Part shown: piece after piece, positions 1-7,650 of the stretch
Layout of the letters: every line of letters begins with the position of its first letter
Position numbering within the stretch: position 1 is the first letter of the stretch
Notes under the pieces: generated by a model
Told to the model about the DNA's origin: nothing
The model's input: only the letters and a program-made list of their open reading frames with translations
Database searches by the model: none
Assembly (NCBI GenBank): GCA_046262595.1
Contig: JBHEMM010000022.1
Coordinates: 1-17,438, forward strand
Origin: Vulcanimicrobiaceae bacterium
GTDB taxonomy: Bacteria > Vulcanimicrobiota > Vulcanimicrobiia > Vulcanimicrobiales > Vulcanimicrobiaceae
Direction of reading: 5' to 3'
DNA: 17,438 nucleotides
Translations under genes and position numbers: made by a program

Positions 1-120
1 ACTCACGGCCACACGTCAGATAAAGGATGGGTAAAAATGGCGCGCAACATCAACGGCATTGAAGTACATTGGGTGAGGAACACCCTAACTGGCGCTCTTG
101 ACGACTTTAAGATCAAATAA
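1..120 (+). CDS. Partial (5' truncated by window) C-terminal tip of a putative polymorphic toxin (RHS/haemagglutinin-type C-terminal toxin domain)
   Basis: Frame +1 is open from base 1 to TAA at 118-120: THGHTSDKGWVKMARNINGIEVHWVRNTLTGALDDFKIK*. The GWVKMxxNxNGxExHxVxNxxTGxxDDFKxK ending resembles C-termini I recall from RHS/haemagglutinin-repeat toxins (recall only, family not named). A small ORF follows immediately. Not in the ORF track. Confidence 0.6.
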   Translation, partial: THGHTSDKGWVKMARNINGIEVHWVRNTLTGALDDFKIK

Positions 121-133
121 GGAAAACGATAGC

Positions 134-511
134 GTGCGTGTCACTTGCCTAACGAACAAGCCTCCTCTCAACCATATCCAAATCTCAGACTATACTGTTT
201 CTATTTTTAAAACGTACGACGTGTTTGGAATTCTCGTATCAAACGGTGAAATTCTTTATCTATTAAAGGACGACTTTGATTTACCGTCTCCGTTTCCCGC
301 GTGGCTCTTCGAGGTGTCGGATCCCGCGATCCCGCCCCATTGGCTTTTTCGTACCGACCCAACCGACAATCACCGTTTGGCGGTACTGGGATACCCACGG
401 CTGGTTTCTGAGCCAACGCACTTCGATCAAATTATGGAACGTGACCGCGAGCATTTATCAACGTTCTACGCCGAGGTTCGAAAGCGTAGCATATCTGCGA
501 ATCTGAGATGA
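134..511 (+). CDS. Putative immunity protein, 125 aa
   Basis: GTG at 134 with AAGGA (119-123, overlapping the upstream stop) as SD; in frame with track ORF 98..511. The pattern MRVTC..N...Y.VFGI...YLL.DD...P.PFPAWLFEVSDP.IP..W.F...GYP.LV....HFDQIME.D resembles small proteins found downstream of polymorphic toxins. AT-rich (hand count 20/60 GC at 181-240). Confidence 0.65.
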   Translation: MRVTCLTNKPPLNHIQISDYTVSIFKTYDVFGILVSNGEILYLLKDDFDLPSPFPAWLFEVSDPAIPPHWLFRTDPTDNHRLAVLGYPRLVSEPTHFDQIMERDREHLSTFYAEVRKRSISANLR

Positions 512-641
512 TGTTAACGCCGGGCCAAAACTGACCCACTTTCCTAGCGGATCGTCGGTTTAATTTTGACCCGCCTTGCTCTTTGCTTTTGATGCCGGCA
601 GGCTTATTCGACGACGCAACCAGTATATGTTGGCGTTGACG
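512..641. mobile_element. IS21-family-like terminal sequence, or non-autonomous remnant without a transposase
   Basis: Begins TGTTAACGCCGGGCCAAAACTGACCCAC right after the stop at 511. Two 22-nt imperfect direct repeats (518-539 and 553-574, 14/22 identical, shared TGACCC core) fit the reiterated transposase-binding sites at IS21-family ends. A possible decayed opposite end GGCGTTGACG lies at 632-641 (reverse complement matches 8/10 of the left terminus). No target-site duplication seen. Confidence 0.5.
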
Positions 642-753
642 ATACTTTGTCGGGCGATAACAATCCAAACGATGCGCAACCTCGCTGGTATAAATGGGAC
701 CCCACAACGAAAAAAGAGACGCTCATGAACACGATTGGAGCCGGAGGATGCTG

Positions 754-1416
754 ATGTTTACCAATCTCAACGTAAGAGTTGCAGTATACGCACTGATGAT
801 CTGCACCGCTCTTTCGCCGGCGGTGGCAACGGCTAGCTCATTCAACCCCTCGCTCGTATCGGGACGCTTATGCGCTGGCGCGGCTGTTATCGCGGCCGCC
901 GCCGACTCACTTAAATCAACGGGGATCGCGGAATCGGAACTTATGAGATCCGATGCGGTCGCCAGAGTCTCGTCGTCCCCTCAAGGTGTAACCGCAAAAG
1001 TCGACGCTCACGCGTCCGTCGCCCACGGCCCCGTTGTATTGCCGAATTCCGCTGCGTGCCTGACGGATCCGGAAAATCAAACATTGCTGGGTCACAAGAA
1101 CGAGCTGCCTGCGCGATATTTGGCTGCGTTCGAACTTGTCGAGGCGTATAGAAACGTGCACCCATGGCCACTGGGATCGGCGAATATGAAATCTGCGTCC
1201 ACTGGAGTGATCATGGAAGACTACGCGCCGCGCTATATCCTCGTGATGCTAAGCGATAATGCTCCCAAGTATGACACGCAGGGTCAGCGAACGCTAGGGT
1301 GTGCTGGAGGTGAGTACTATCGCGTCGATCTCGCGTCCTCAACAGTCTTGGCGTTTGACGGATGCGTCGAGGGCCATCAGCGGGTGTTGCCGGGGTTTTC
1401 GCAGCTACCTACGTAA
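754..1416 (+). CDS. Hypothetical secreted protein, ~220 aa
   Basis: Track ORF 694..1416. The more likely start is ATG 754, 6 nt after GGAGG (743-747). N-terminus MFTNLNVRVAVYALMICTALSPAVATA looks like a signal peptide; the mature part has four Cys. No family recognised. Confidence 0.7.
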   Translation: MFTNLNVRVAVYALMICTALSPAVATASSFNPSLVSGRLCAGAAVIAAAADSLKSTGIAESELMRSDAVARVSSSPQGVTAKVDAHASVAHGPVVLPNSAACLTDPENQTLLGHKNELPARYLAAFELVEAYRNVHPWPLGSANMKSASTGVIMEDYAPRYILVMLSDNAPKYDTQGQRTLGCAGGEYYRVDLASSTVLAFDGCVEGHQRVLPGFSQLPT

Positions 1417-1460
1417 AGACCTTAACATGATCGCGAAAGTTGGCTGAAGCACCGCTCAGA

Positions 1461-1500
1461 AAGAGACGCCGTGGATTCGCAGTCCAGGCGTCTCTTGTTC
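1461..1500 (+). terminator. Stem-loop, possible intrinsic terminator for the 754-1416 gene
   Basis: AAGAGACGCC (1461-1470) and GGCGTCTCTT (1487-1496) form a perfect 10-bp inverted repeat, extended inward by TGGAT/GTCCA after one bulged G. It starts 45 bp after the stop; the U-tract is weak (TCTCTTGTTC). Confidence 0.45.
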
Positions 1501-1757
1501 CACGTACTCGGGCGGGCCCCACATCGAAAGCGGTCGCTGGCCGCGATTCTACATGGTTGCATTTCGGTGACATTGTTGTTCTTCAAGCGAGCCAACCGCT
1601 TATTCCGCCGCTGCCAGTTATAGTCTGATCACGACCTGTGGTTTTCCATCTCGCCGCTGCAATCTCAGTTCAGTGACAATATCGCGGTTTGCACACTAGT
1701 TCGCCTTCGTAATCCTGCGACGCCGCGAGGGACCGGGTGCTGGTCGTCTCCAGCGGA

Positions 1758-1940
1758 CTAGGTCGCCATCAGTCGCACCACTCCTGTAGCATCGCAACGA
1801 CTGCTGTTCAGTCGCTTTAACTTCTGGAGTTCACATCGGCGGCCCGAACAGAATCCGTGAAATCGAGCGATCCGCGGATCGAGCACGTCGTCGTGTTGGC
1901 TGTCGCTTAAGAGCGATAGTACTTTGAGTGCTCTATTCAT
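1758..1940 (-). CDS. Possible small hypothetical protein (60 aa) or decayed gene
   Basis: Minus strand GGAGG-7nt-ATG (ggaggccgcataATG) opens MNRALKVLSLLSDSQHDD...RLMAT*, the 3' part of track ORF 1758..2081. No recognisable motif. Confidence 0.25.
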   Translation of the reverse strand: MNRALKVLSLLSDSQHDDVLDPRIARFHGFCSGRRCELQKLKRLNSSRCDATGVVRLMAT

Positions 1941-1964
1941 TATGCGGCCTCCAGGGCGTGGAAA

Positions 1965-2126
1965 CGGCAGCGAGGATTCAACCGTTGGCGGCATCGAGGA
2001 TTTGAACCCGGATGGCGTTTTCTTCGCCGCTTTGACTGATTTCCCGTCCGGGAGGCGCAGCCGCTGGCTTCTGCCGCTCAAGACGAAACACTGCCATGCT
2101 TCTCGCTGACTATGGTTTTGAACCCG
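1965..2126. repeat. Cluster of short direct repeats with T-loop-like motifs
   Basis: CGGCAGCGAGGATT (1965-1978) vs CGGCATCGAGGATT (1989-2002), 13/14. GGATTTGAACCCG (1998-2010) vs GGTTTTGAACCCG (2114-2126), 12/13. A degenerate third copy GGATTCAACCG is at 1974-1984. Confidence 0.6.
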
Positions 2127-2162
2127 ACAAGCGCTATGAGGTAGCGTAGTCGGTCGATAGCG

Positions 2163-4424
2163 TCACGGCAGCATTGTTCGAAGCGATGGAGCGGAAGCTC
2201 CATCGCTTACGACTTGGATCGCTCCTTGTTCATCCGTGCGGTACACGCGCGCGCCGAAGCGCTGCAAGGTTTCGATCGTCGAGGGCGCAGGATGGCCGAA
2301 CATGTTGTGGCGACCCACGGATATTATCGCGTACGTGGGATCCACAGCTGCAATGAACGCCGGTGAACTGCTGTATGCGGACCCATGGTGGCCGACCTTG
2401 AGCACGTCCGCGTGTAAATCGATTCCTTCGTTTAAGAACCGCTGCTCCGCGGCGACGCCCGCATCGCCCGTAAACACCATGCGAAAACGCTTGTACTGCA
2501 GCACAAACGCGACCGAGTTGTCGTTGATCGCGTTATTGCTGATAATAAACGGGAGCGACGGTCCGATGAACGTAAGTGTAACGCCGTCGTCTAAGTGCCA
2601 CACGTCTCCTGCGCGCGGCGTAACCACGGGTATGTTTTCGGCGCGGGCGACGTTCAAGCCGTCGTTGTACGCGAATCCGCCGTACTTTTGTCCGCCGTCG
2701 GCGAACGATCCGGCACCGCCGTAGCTGCGAAGCACCGGCGCGACGCCGCCTGCATGGTCACCGTGCGGATGTGAAAGAATGAGCGCGTCGATCCTGCGCA
2801 CGCCGGAACGCCGCAGAAACGGAACCACGACGCGTTCGCCCACCTGTTCTGCGGCAGATTCGTTTGCCGGTGCGCCCCGCTCCAGACGGCCGCCCGCGTC
2901 GACCAAGATCGTATGCCCCAGCGGCGTGCGGATAACGATTGCATCCGCTTGGCCAACGTCCAGAACATCAACGTGCAGCAAGTGATCCGTGCGTTCCGGC
3001 GGCGTGCATATCCAAAGCGCCGCAAGCAGCACCGCGCAAAGCCCCACGGTGCGTCCCTTACGTTTCCAGGCGTATACGGCGAACGCGAGTGCGGCATCGT
3101 ACGCGGCCACCGCAGAAAGGGAGGGCGGCGTTAACGCGAGTGCGGCGTGCGGAAGGGCGGCGATCGTTCCGATGGCGGACACGATCCACTGCATGAGCCA
3201 GGTGTTTACCGTAGCGACGATCTGCGCCGCGAACGGAAAGGCGGCGCATGCGAACTGCAGCCCCGCGAGGATCATCGTTACTCCCACTACCGGCACGCAC
3301 AAAAGATTTGCGAGGGCGGCATACGGCGCGAAGAGCAAAAATGTCGCGGCCGTAAGCGGCCAGGTTGCGATTTGCGTTGCAAGGGTCAGCGTAAGCGCCT
3401 CCCTTACGCGGGCGGGCTGTTCAAACGCTTCGAGCGCACGTTCGATTCCCGGCGCGAGCAGCAGGATGCCGCCGGCGCAGGAGAACGACAACGCAAACGA
3501 GGCGCTCGTGAGGCTTTGGGGGCGCACGAGCGCCACGAAAGTAAGGGCGGCCCCATACGCATTCCACGATGCGCACGCAGCCCCAAACGCATAGGCGGCC
3601 AAGCCGAACGTGATCATTGCCGCAGCGCGTTCGCTGGGCAGATGGAGGCCGCTAAAGAGCGCGTACGACCAGACGGCGCACGCAGCGGCAGCTGCCGCGA
3701 ACGTTCGCGGCAAGCGCAATGCGCGCAGCAAACCAAGTGCAAGCATGGCGACGACGCCTAAATGCAGCCCGGCCGTCACGAGGATATGAACCGTTCCTGT
3801 TTCTTGGAACTCCGCTCGCAGATCCGGAGCGAGTGCGGCGCGTTCGCCCCACAGTTCGCCGGCAAGTATGGACGCATACGGCTCGTCCAGATAAGCGCGC
3901 AACTGACCAAGCGCCCACGCATGCGCGTGCGCGATTCCAACCGGCAGATTCATGGGACCATCAGGAAGCAACCGCAGAACGTGCGCGCTTGTCAGCTGCG
4001 CGCTCACGCCGCGATCGCGCTCGATCGAAGCGTAGTCGGGCTCGCCCGGGTTACGCGCCGTATCGAACGGCTCGATGCGCGCGCGAAACAGCGCCCGGGC
4101 CGCAAGCGGCGGCAGGCCTTCGAACGACGAAACGCCGTAGGCGAGCCCGTCGTCCGCAAGACATACGTGCATCTCGATCATGGTGCACGCAATGCGCGAG
4201 GTATGCTCGCGAACCGGGAACTGACCCGATGCACCGCTGTGCGCAACGCACGCAATAAAGCCGGCGACCAGGGCGAGTGCGGCGGGCAGCCGAAAGCGTG
4301 CGGCACAAAGAACTGCGGCCGGTGCAAGCAATAAACGCAGTACGGGGTCGAGCGGCGCCGCAAGCGCGGCGCCTGCTGCGGCTGCGGCACCCACGGCAAG
4401 CAGCGGCGAGCGTCCCATCGCCAT
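2163..4424 (-). CDS. comEC: DNA internalization competence protein ComEC/Rec2
   Basis: 753 aa. N-terminal TM helices, RNPGEPDY motif, multi-TM competence domain (FQETGTVHILVTAGLHLG) and a C-terminal metallo-beta-lactamase domain (LDVGQAD, LSHPHGDHAGG, FTGD, KVGHHGS, GHP, RTDEQG). Confidence 0.96.
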   Translation of the reverse strand: MAMGRSPLLAVGAAAAAGAALAAPLDPVLRLLLAPAAVLCAARFRLPAALALVAGFIACVAHSGASGQFPVREHTSRIACTMIEMHVCLADDGLAYGVSSFEGLPPLAARALFRARIEPFDTARNPGEPDYASIERDRGVSAQLTSAHVLRLLPDGPMNLPVGIAHAHAWALGQLRAYLDEPYASILAGELWGERAALAPDLRAEFQETGTVHILVTAGLHLGVVAMLALGLLRALRLPRTFAAAAAACAVWSYALFSGLHLPSERAAAMITFGLAAYAFGAACASWNAYGAALTFVALVRPQSLTSASFALSFSCAGGILLLAPGIERALEAFEQPARVREALTLTLATQIATWPLTAATFLLFAPYAALANLLCVPVVGVTMILAGLQFACAAFPFAAQIVATVNTWLMQWIVSAIGTIAALPHAALALTPPSLSAVAAYDAALAFAVYAWKRKGRTVGLCAVLLAALWICTPPERTDHLLHVDVLDVGQADAIVIRTPLGHTILVDAGGRLERGAPANESAAEQVGERVVVPFLRRSGVRRIDALILSHPHGDHAGGVAPVLRSYGGAGSFADGGQKYGGFAYNDGLNVARAENIPVVTPRAGDVWHLDDGVTLTFIGPSLPFIISNNAINDNSVAFVLQYKRFRMVFTGDAGVAAEQRFLNEGIDLHADVLKVGHHGSAYSSSPAFIAAVDPTYAIISVGRHNMFGHPAPSTIETLQRFGARVYRTDEQGAIQVVSDGASAPSLRTMLP

Positions 4425-4477
4425 TCAGCTCGCGACGAACGCGCGCTGCAGCAACCGGAAGACTTAAAGGAGAGCCT

Positions 4478-5413
4478 TTGCGCATTTTGGTCACCGGCGG
4501 AGCCGGCTTCATCGGGTCGCACGTCGTCGATGCGTATCTGGCGCAGGGGCATGAAGTGCTTGTCCTGGACTCGCTGTGGGAACACGGCGGGGGCCGCCGG
4601 CAAAATATTCCCGAACGCGCGCTTTTTGTTCATATGGACGTGCGCGACGCAGATGTGACACGCATCTTTCAAGACTTCAAGCCGGAGTTCGTCAGCCACC
4701 ACGCCGCACAGCACAGCGTTGCCATCAGCTCGCGCGACCCGCGCTACGACGCCGATGTGAACGTCATGGGCCTCATCAACGTGCTCGATAACAGCGTGCG
4801 CGGCGGTGTCGAGAAGGTGATCTTCGCTTCAAGCGGCGCAACGTTCGGCACGCCGGACGGGCTGCCGATGAACGAGCAGACGCCGCAGCGGCCGGAATCG
4901 CCGTACGGCATTACAAAAATGGTTTCCGAACACTATCTGCGCTTTTACAAAGCCGAGCACGGTTTGGACTACACGGCGTTGCGTTACGGAAACGTTTACG
5001 GTCCTCGTCAGGATCCAAACGGCGAAGCGGGCGTTATCGCAATTTTTATCGGGAAGTTTCTCGCACGGCAAGGCGTGCGCATCGATTCCGACGGCGAACA
5101 GACGCGCGACTACGTCTACGTAAAAGACGTCGCCCGCGCTAACGTTTTATCGTTGGAGAAGGGCCCCGGCGGATGCTACTGCATCGGAACGAACAAACGG
5201 ACGAGCGTGAACGAAATCTATCGGGCGCTCTGCGATATCAGCGGCTTCGAAGCGCCCGTTACGCATGCGCCAAAACGCCCGGGCGACGCCCGTGATGCGC
5301 AGTTCGATCCTGCGCTTGCCGAAGCGGAACTGGGCTGGCGGCCGGTCACCGGTTTAATGGACGGCATGCGCGAGACATACGAATACTTCAAACAAGCGCC
5401 GCCTTCGTCGTAA
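4478..5413 (+). CDS. NAD-dependent epimerase/dehydratase (extended SDR, UDP-glucose 4-epimerase-like), 311 aa
   Basis: TTG start at 4478 preceded by AAGGAG (4467-4472). MRILVTGGAGFIGSH Rossmann motif, YGITK catalytic YxxxK, RYGNVYGPRQ, RDYVYV. Confidence 0.95.
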   Translation: MRILVTGGAGFIGSHVVDAYLAQGHEVLVLDSLWEHGGGRRQNIPERALFVHMDVRDADVTRIFQDFKPEFVSHHAAQHSVAISSRDPRYDADVNVMGLINVLDNSVRGGVEKVIFASSGATFGTPDGLPMNEQTPQRPESPYGITKMVSEHYLRFYKAEHGLDYTALRYGNVYGPRQDPNGEAGVIAIFIGKFLARQGVRIDSDGEQTRDYVYVKDVARANVLSLEKGPGGCYCIGTNKRTSVNEIYRALCDISGFEAPVTHAPKRPGDARDAQFDPALAEAELGWRPVTGLMDGMRETYEYFKQAPPSS

Positions 5414-5414
5414 C

Positions 5415-6497
5415 ATGCTGGCCGCGTCATGGGTCGTGCCGCTCTTCACCGGGTGTTCCGATATGCTCGCGAAGTTGCGCCGGCGCCTTATGCCGCGCAG
5501 CTTCGCAGCGATTGATTTAGGCACGATGTCGTGGGTCGCACAAAGTATCTGCGCGTTCTGCGAACTTGGCTTGCCGGATGCGCTCGCGCATGGCCCGCGA
5601 ACGCCGGCGGATTTGGCGCAGCGGCATTTCGGCAATGAGGCGTTTCTCGCGCGCTTGCTGCGCTCGCTCGCGGCGTACGATGTGGTGCGCTACTGCGGCG
5701 GCTCGCGCTACGCGCTCGGGCACGTGGGCAAAGCGCTTACAGGGCCGGATTCCGTGGCGCCGATGATTCTCTACGCAAACGCGCCGTGGCACGTCGGAGC
5801 GTACGCGCATCTCGCGCAAGGCGTACGCGCAGGCCGCTCCGGATTTGACATCGCGGCGGGCCAGGAACTTTTTGCGTTTTTGAGCGCCGACCCGGACGCC
5901 GGCCGCGTTTTCGACGGCGCGATGGATGCGCTCAATCCGCTATATGCACGGCCTTTCGCGCAGGCGTACGACTTTGCGCATGTCCGCAGTGCCGTGGATG
6001 TGGGCGGCGGGAACGGATTGCTGCTGCGCGCGGTAGCGTGGCGCTTCCCGCATGTCCGCTGCACTGTTTTTGAAATGCCCGGCGTCGTCGCACGAGCGAA
6101 CCGCGGGGGCGAAGCGGTCGCCTTCATCGCCGGCGACATGTTTACCGATGTGCCTCCGCCGGCGGACTGTTATATTTTAAGCCATGTCCTGCACGACTGG
6201 GATGACGCAGCGTGCACGAGAATTCTCGCCAATGTGCGCGCGGCGATGACGCTCGACTCGCGTTTGCTGGTGTACGAACTCATCGCGCCGCCGCCGAATA
6301 ACCGCTGGAGCCAAGATCGCATCACCGACTTGGAGATGATGGCGATGCTTACCGGCAAAGAGCGCACGCGAGAAGAGTTCGTGCAACTGTTTACACGCTG
6401 CGGGTTGCGGATGCGGCGGGTCCTTCGGACTGCGGCGTCCGAATCGGTGATCGAATGCGTTCGGGACGAAACCCAAGCCCGACAAGCCGCCCCATGA
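5415..6497 (+). CDS. SAM-dependent O-methyltransferase (Methyltransf_2 family with N-terminal dimerisation domain)
   Basis: 360 aa. VDVGGGNG SAM motif, GDMF, LSHVLHDWDD, GKERTREEF, terminal SVIE. Starts 1 nt after the epimerase stop (alternative start 5463). Confidence 0.92.
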   Translation: MLAASWVVPLFTGCSDMLAKLRRRLMPRSFAAIDLGTMSWVAQSICAFCELGLPDALAHGPRTPADLAQRHFGNEAFLARLLRSLAAYDVVRYCGGSRYALGHVGKALTGPDSVAPMILYANAPWHVGAYAHLAQGVRAGRSGFDIAAGQELFAFLSADPDAGRVFDGAMDALNPLYARPFAQAYDFAHVRSAVDVGGGNGLLLRAVAWRFPHVRCTVFEMPGVVARANRGGEAVAFIAGDMFTDVPPPADCYILSHVLHDWDDAACTRILANVRAAMTLDSRLLVYELIAPPPNNRWSQDRITDLEMMAMLTGKERTREEFVQLFTRCGLRMRRVLRTAASESVIECVRDETQARQAAP

Positions 6498-7650
6498 AGC
6501 GCCGCCAGGCCCGCGAAGATGTGACGATGCGCAACACAAGCGGCGCATGCGAAACGCGTACCGATCCCAAGATCGCGCGCACGACGACAGTTTGGACGAT
6601 CACCTGCATCGTTTGCGTCGCACGAGTCGGGAACATCCGCCGCCGCTGAACCGCATGCAGATCCCGCTCATTGAGCGTGGCATCCGACAACGGGCGCCAC
6701 AGCAGGTTCGCTGCCGCCACCGCATCTTGAATCGCGAGGTTGATGCCGACCCCGCCGATCGGAGACATCGCATGCGCCGCATCGCCGATGCATAGCAGTC
6801 CCGGCCGGTACCAGCGCTTGAGCCGGTCGACGCGAACCTCGAGGAAACTGATGTCGTTCCACGATGCGATCGCCTGCATGCGTCCGGCTAAAAACGGCGC
6901 GAGCGCCGTGATGGCTTGATGCAAGCTCGTTACGGCCTGCGCACGCATGCGCTCGTACGTGCCTTTCGCGATGACGAAGCCCGCTTGCCAATACGTATGA
7001 CGATCGATCAGCACGAGCATGTGACCGGTGCCGACGAAGCCCAGCGTCCGCACCGTGTCCGATGCTTCTTTTGCGATGCGCATCCATAGCACGTCCATCG
7101 GTGCGCCGTAGGTTTTGAGCGGCAGGCAGGCACGTTTTCGCACGGCGGAGTGCCGGCCGTCCGCCGCCAGCACGAGTGCCGCGCGGATGATCGTATCGCC
7201 TTGCGGGCCCGTCGAGCGCACGCCTCGCACAAACCCGTTTTCAATGAGCAGATCGGAACATTGCGTGCTCATGAGCAGACGGAAGGTGGGAAACCGCTGC
7301 GCCTGCTCGCGCAGAAAATTCAGGAAGTCCCATTGCGGCATCAATGCGATGAATTTGCACACCGTCGGCAACGCGGTAAAATCGGCTAACGTTATGATGT
7401 CGGTGCCGACTTGTCCGGAAAGCTGCTGCAGCTCGTCGTGCGGCCGCTCGAGAAACGCCCGCAGCAGTCCGATCTCGTGAAGCATCTGCAGCGTGGACGG
7501 ATGGATCGTGTCGCCGCGGAAATCGCGGAAAAAGTCGGCGTGCTTTTCCAGCACGATGACGTCGACGCCGGCGCGCGCAAGCAGCAAACCGGCCATCATT
7601 CCCGCCGGGCCGCCGCCGGCGATCACGCAGCGCGCCTGCAGCTCCTGCAT
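6391..7650 (-). CDS. FAD-dependent oxidoreductase/monooxygenase (UbiH/2-polyprenyl-6-methoxyphenol hydroxylase-like family)
   Basis: 419 aa. IAGGGPAG dinucleotide motif, DFRGDTIHP, LAADGRHS (DG motif), IGDAAHAMSPIGGVGINLAIQDA (GD motif). The ATG overlaps the leuS stop (TAATG). Confidence 0.92.
   Translation of the reverse strand: MQELQARCVIAGGGPAGMMAGLLLARAGVDVIVLEKHADFFRDFRGDTIHPSTLQMLHEIGLLRAFLERPHDELQQLSGQVGTDIITLADFTALPTVCKFIALMPQWDFLNFLREQAQRFPTFRLLMSTQCSDLLIENGFVRGVRSTGPQGDTIIRAALVLAADGRHSAVRKRACLPLKTYGAPMDVLWMRIAKEASDTVRTLGFVGTGHMLVLIDRHTYWQAGFVIAKGTYERMRAQAVTSLHQAITALAPFLAGRMQAIASWNDISFLEVRVDRLKRWYRPGLLCIGDAAHAMSPIGGVGINLAIQDAVAAANLLWRPLSDATLNERDLHAVQRRRMFPTRATQTMQVIVQTVVVRAILGSVRVSHAPLVLRIVTSSRAWRRFMGRLVGLGFRPERIRSPIRTPQSEGPAASATRSV

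Noticed and set aside
98..133. TTG start at 98 for the immunity-like ORF
   Set aside because: It overlaps the upstream toxin-like frame and has no SD; GTG 134 has AAGGA upstream and gives a more natural N-terminus.
1868..1918. Perfect 14-bp palindrome CGATCCGCGGATCG (1868-1881) and a small hairpin at 1901-1918
   Set aside because: Isolated, with no promoter context or second copy; could arise by chance in CG/GATC-rich DNA.
1986..2065. Intact tRNA gene on the minus strand (GGGTTCAAATCC...CCGCCA)
   Set aside because: Only 10 nt lie between the T-loop and discriminator (12 expected), the T-stem has a mismatch, and I found no matching acceptor 5' strand, D-arm or anticodon arm. Kept only as a tRNA-like motif.
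1440..2109. Short plus-strand ORFs 1440..1628 and 1924..2109
   Set aside because: TTG starts without SD, no motifs, and they run through hairpin or repeat DNA.
1965..2126. CRISPR array
   Set aside because: Repeats are 13-14 bp, only 2-3 copies, irregularly spaced, with no cas genes in the window.
4277..4477. 67-codon N-terminal extension of the epimerase in the ORF track
   Set aside because: It overlaps the comEC start on the opposite strand; the Rossmann motif and an AAGGAG SD place the start at TTG 4478.
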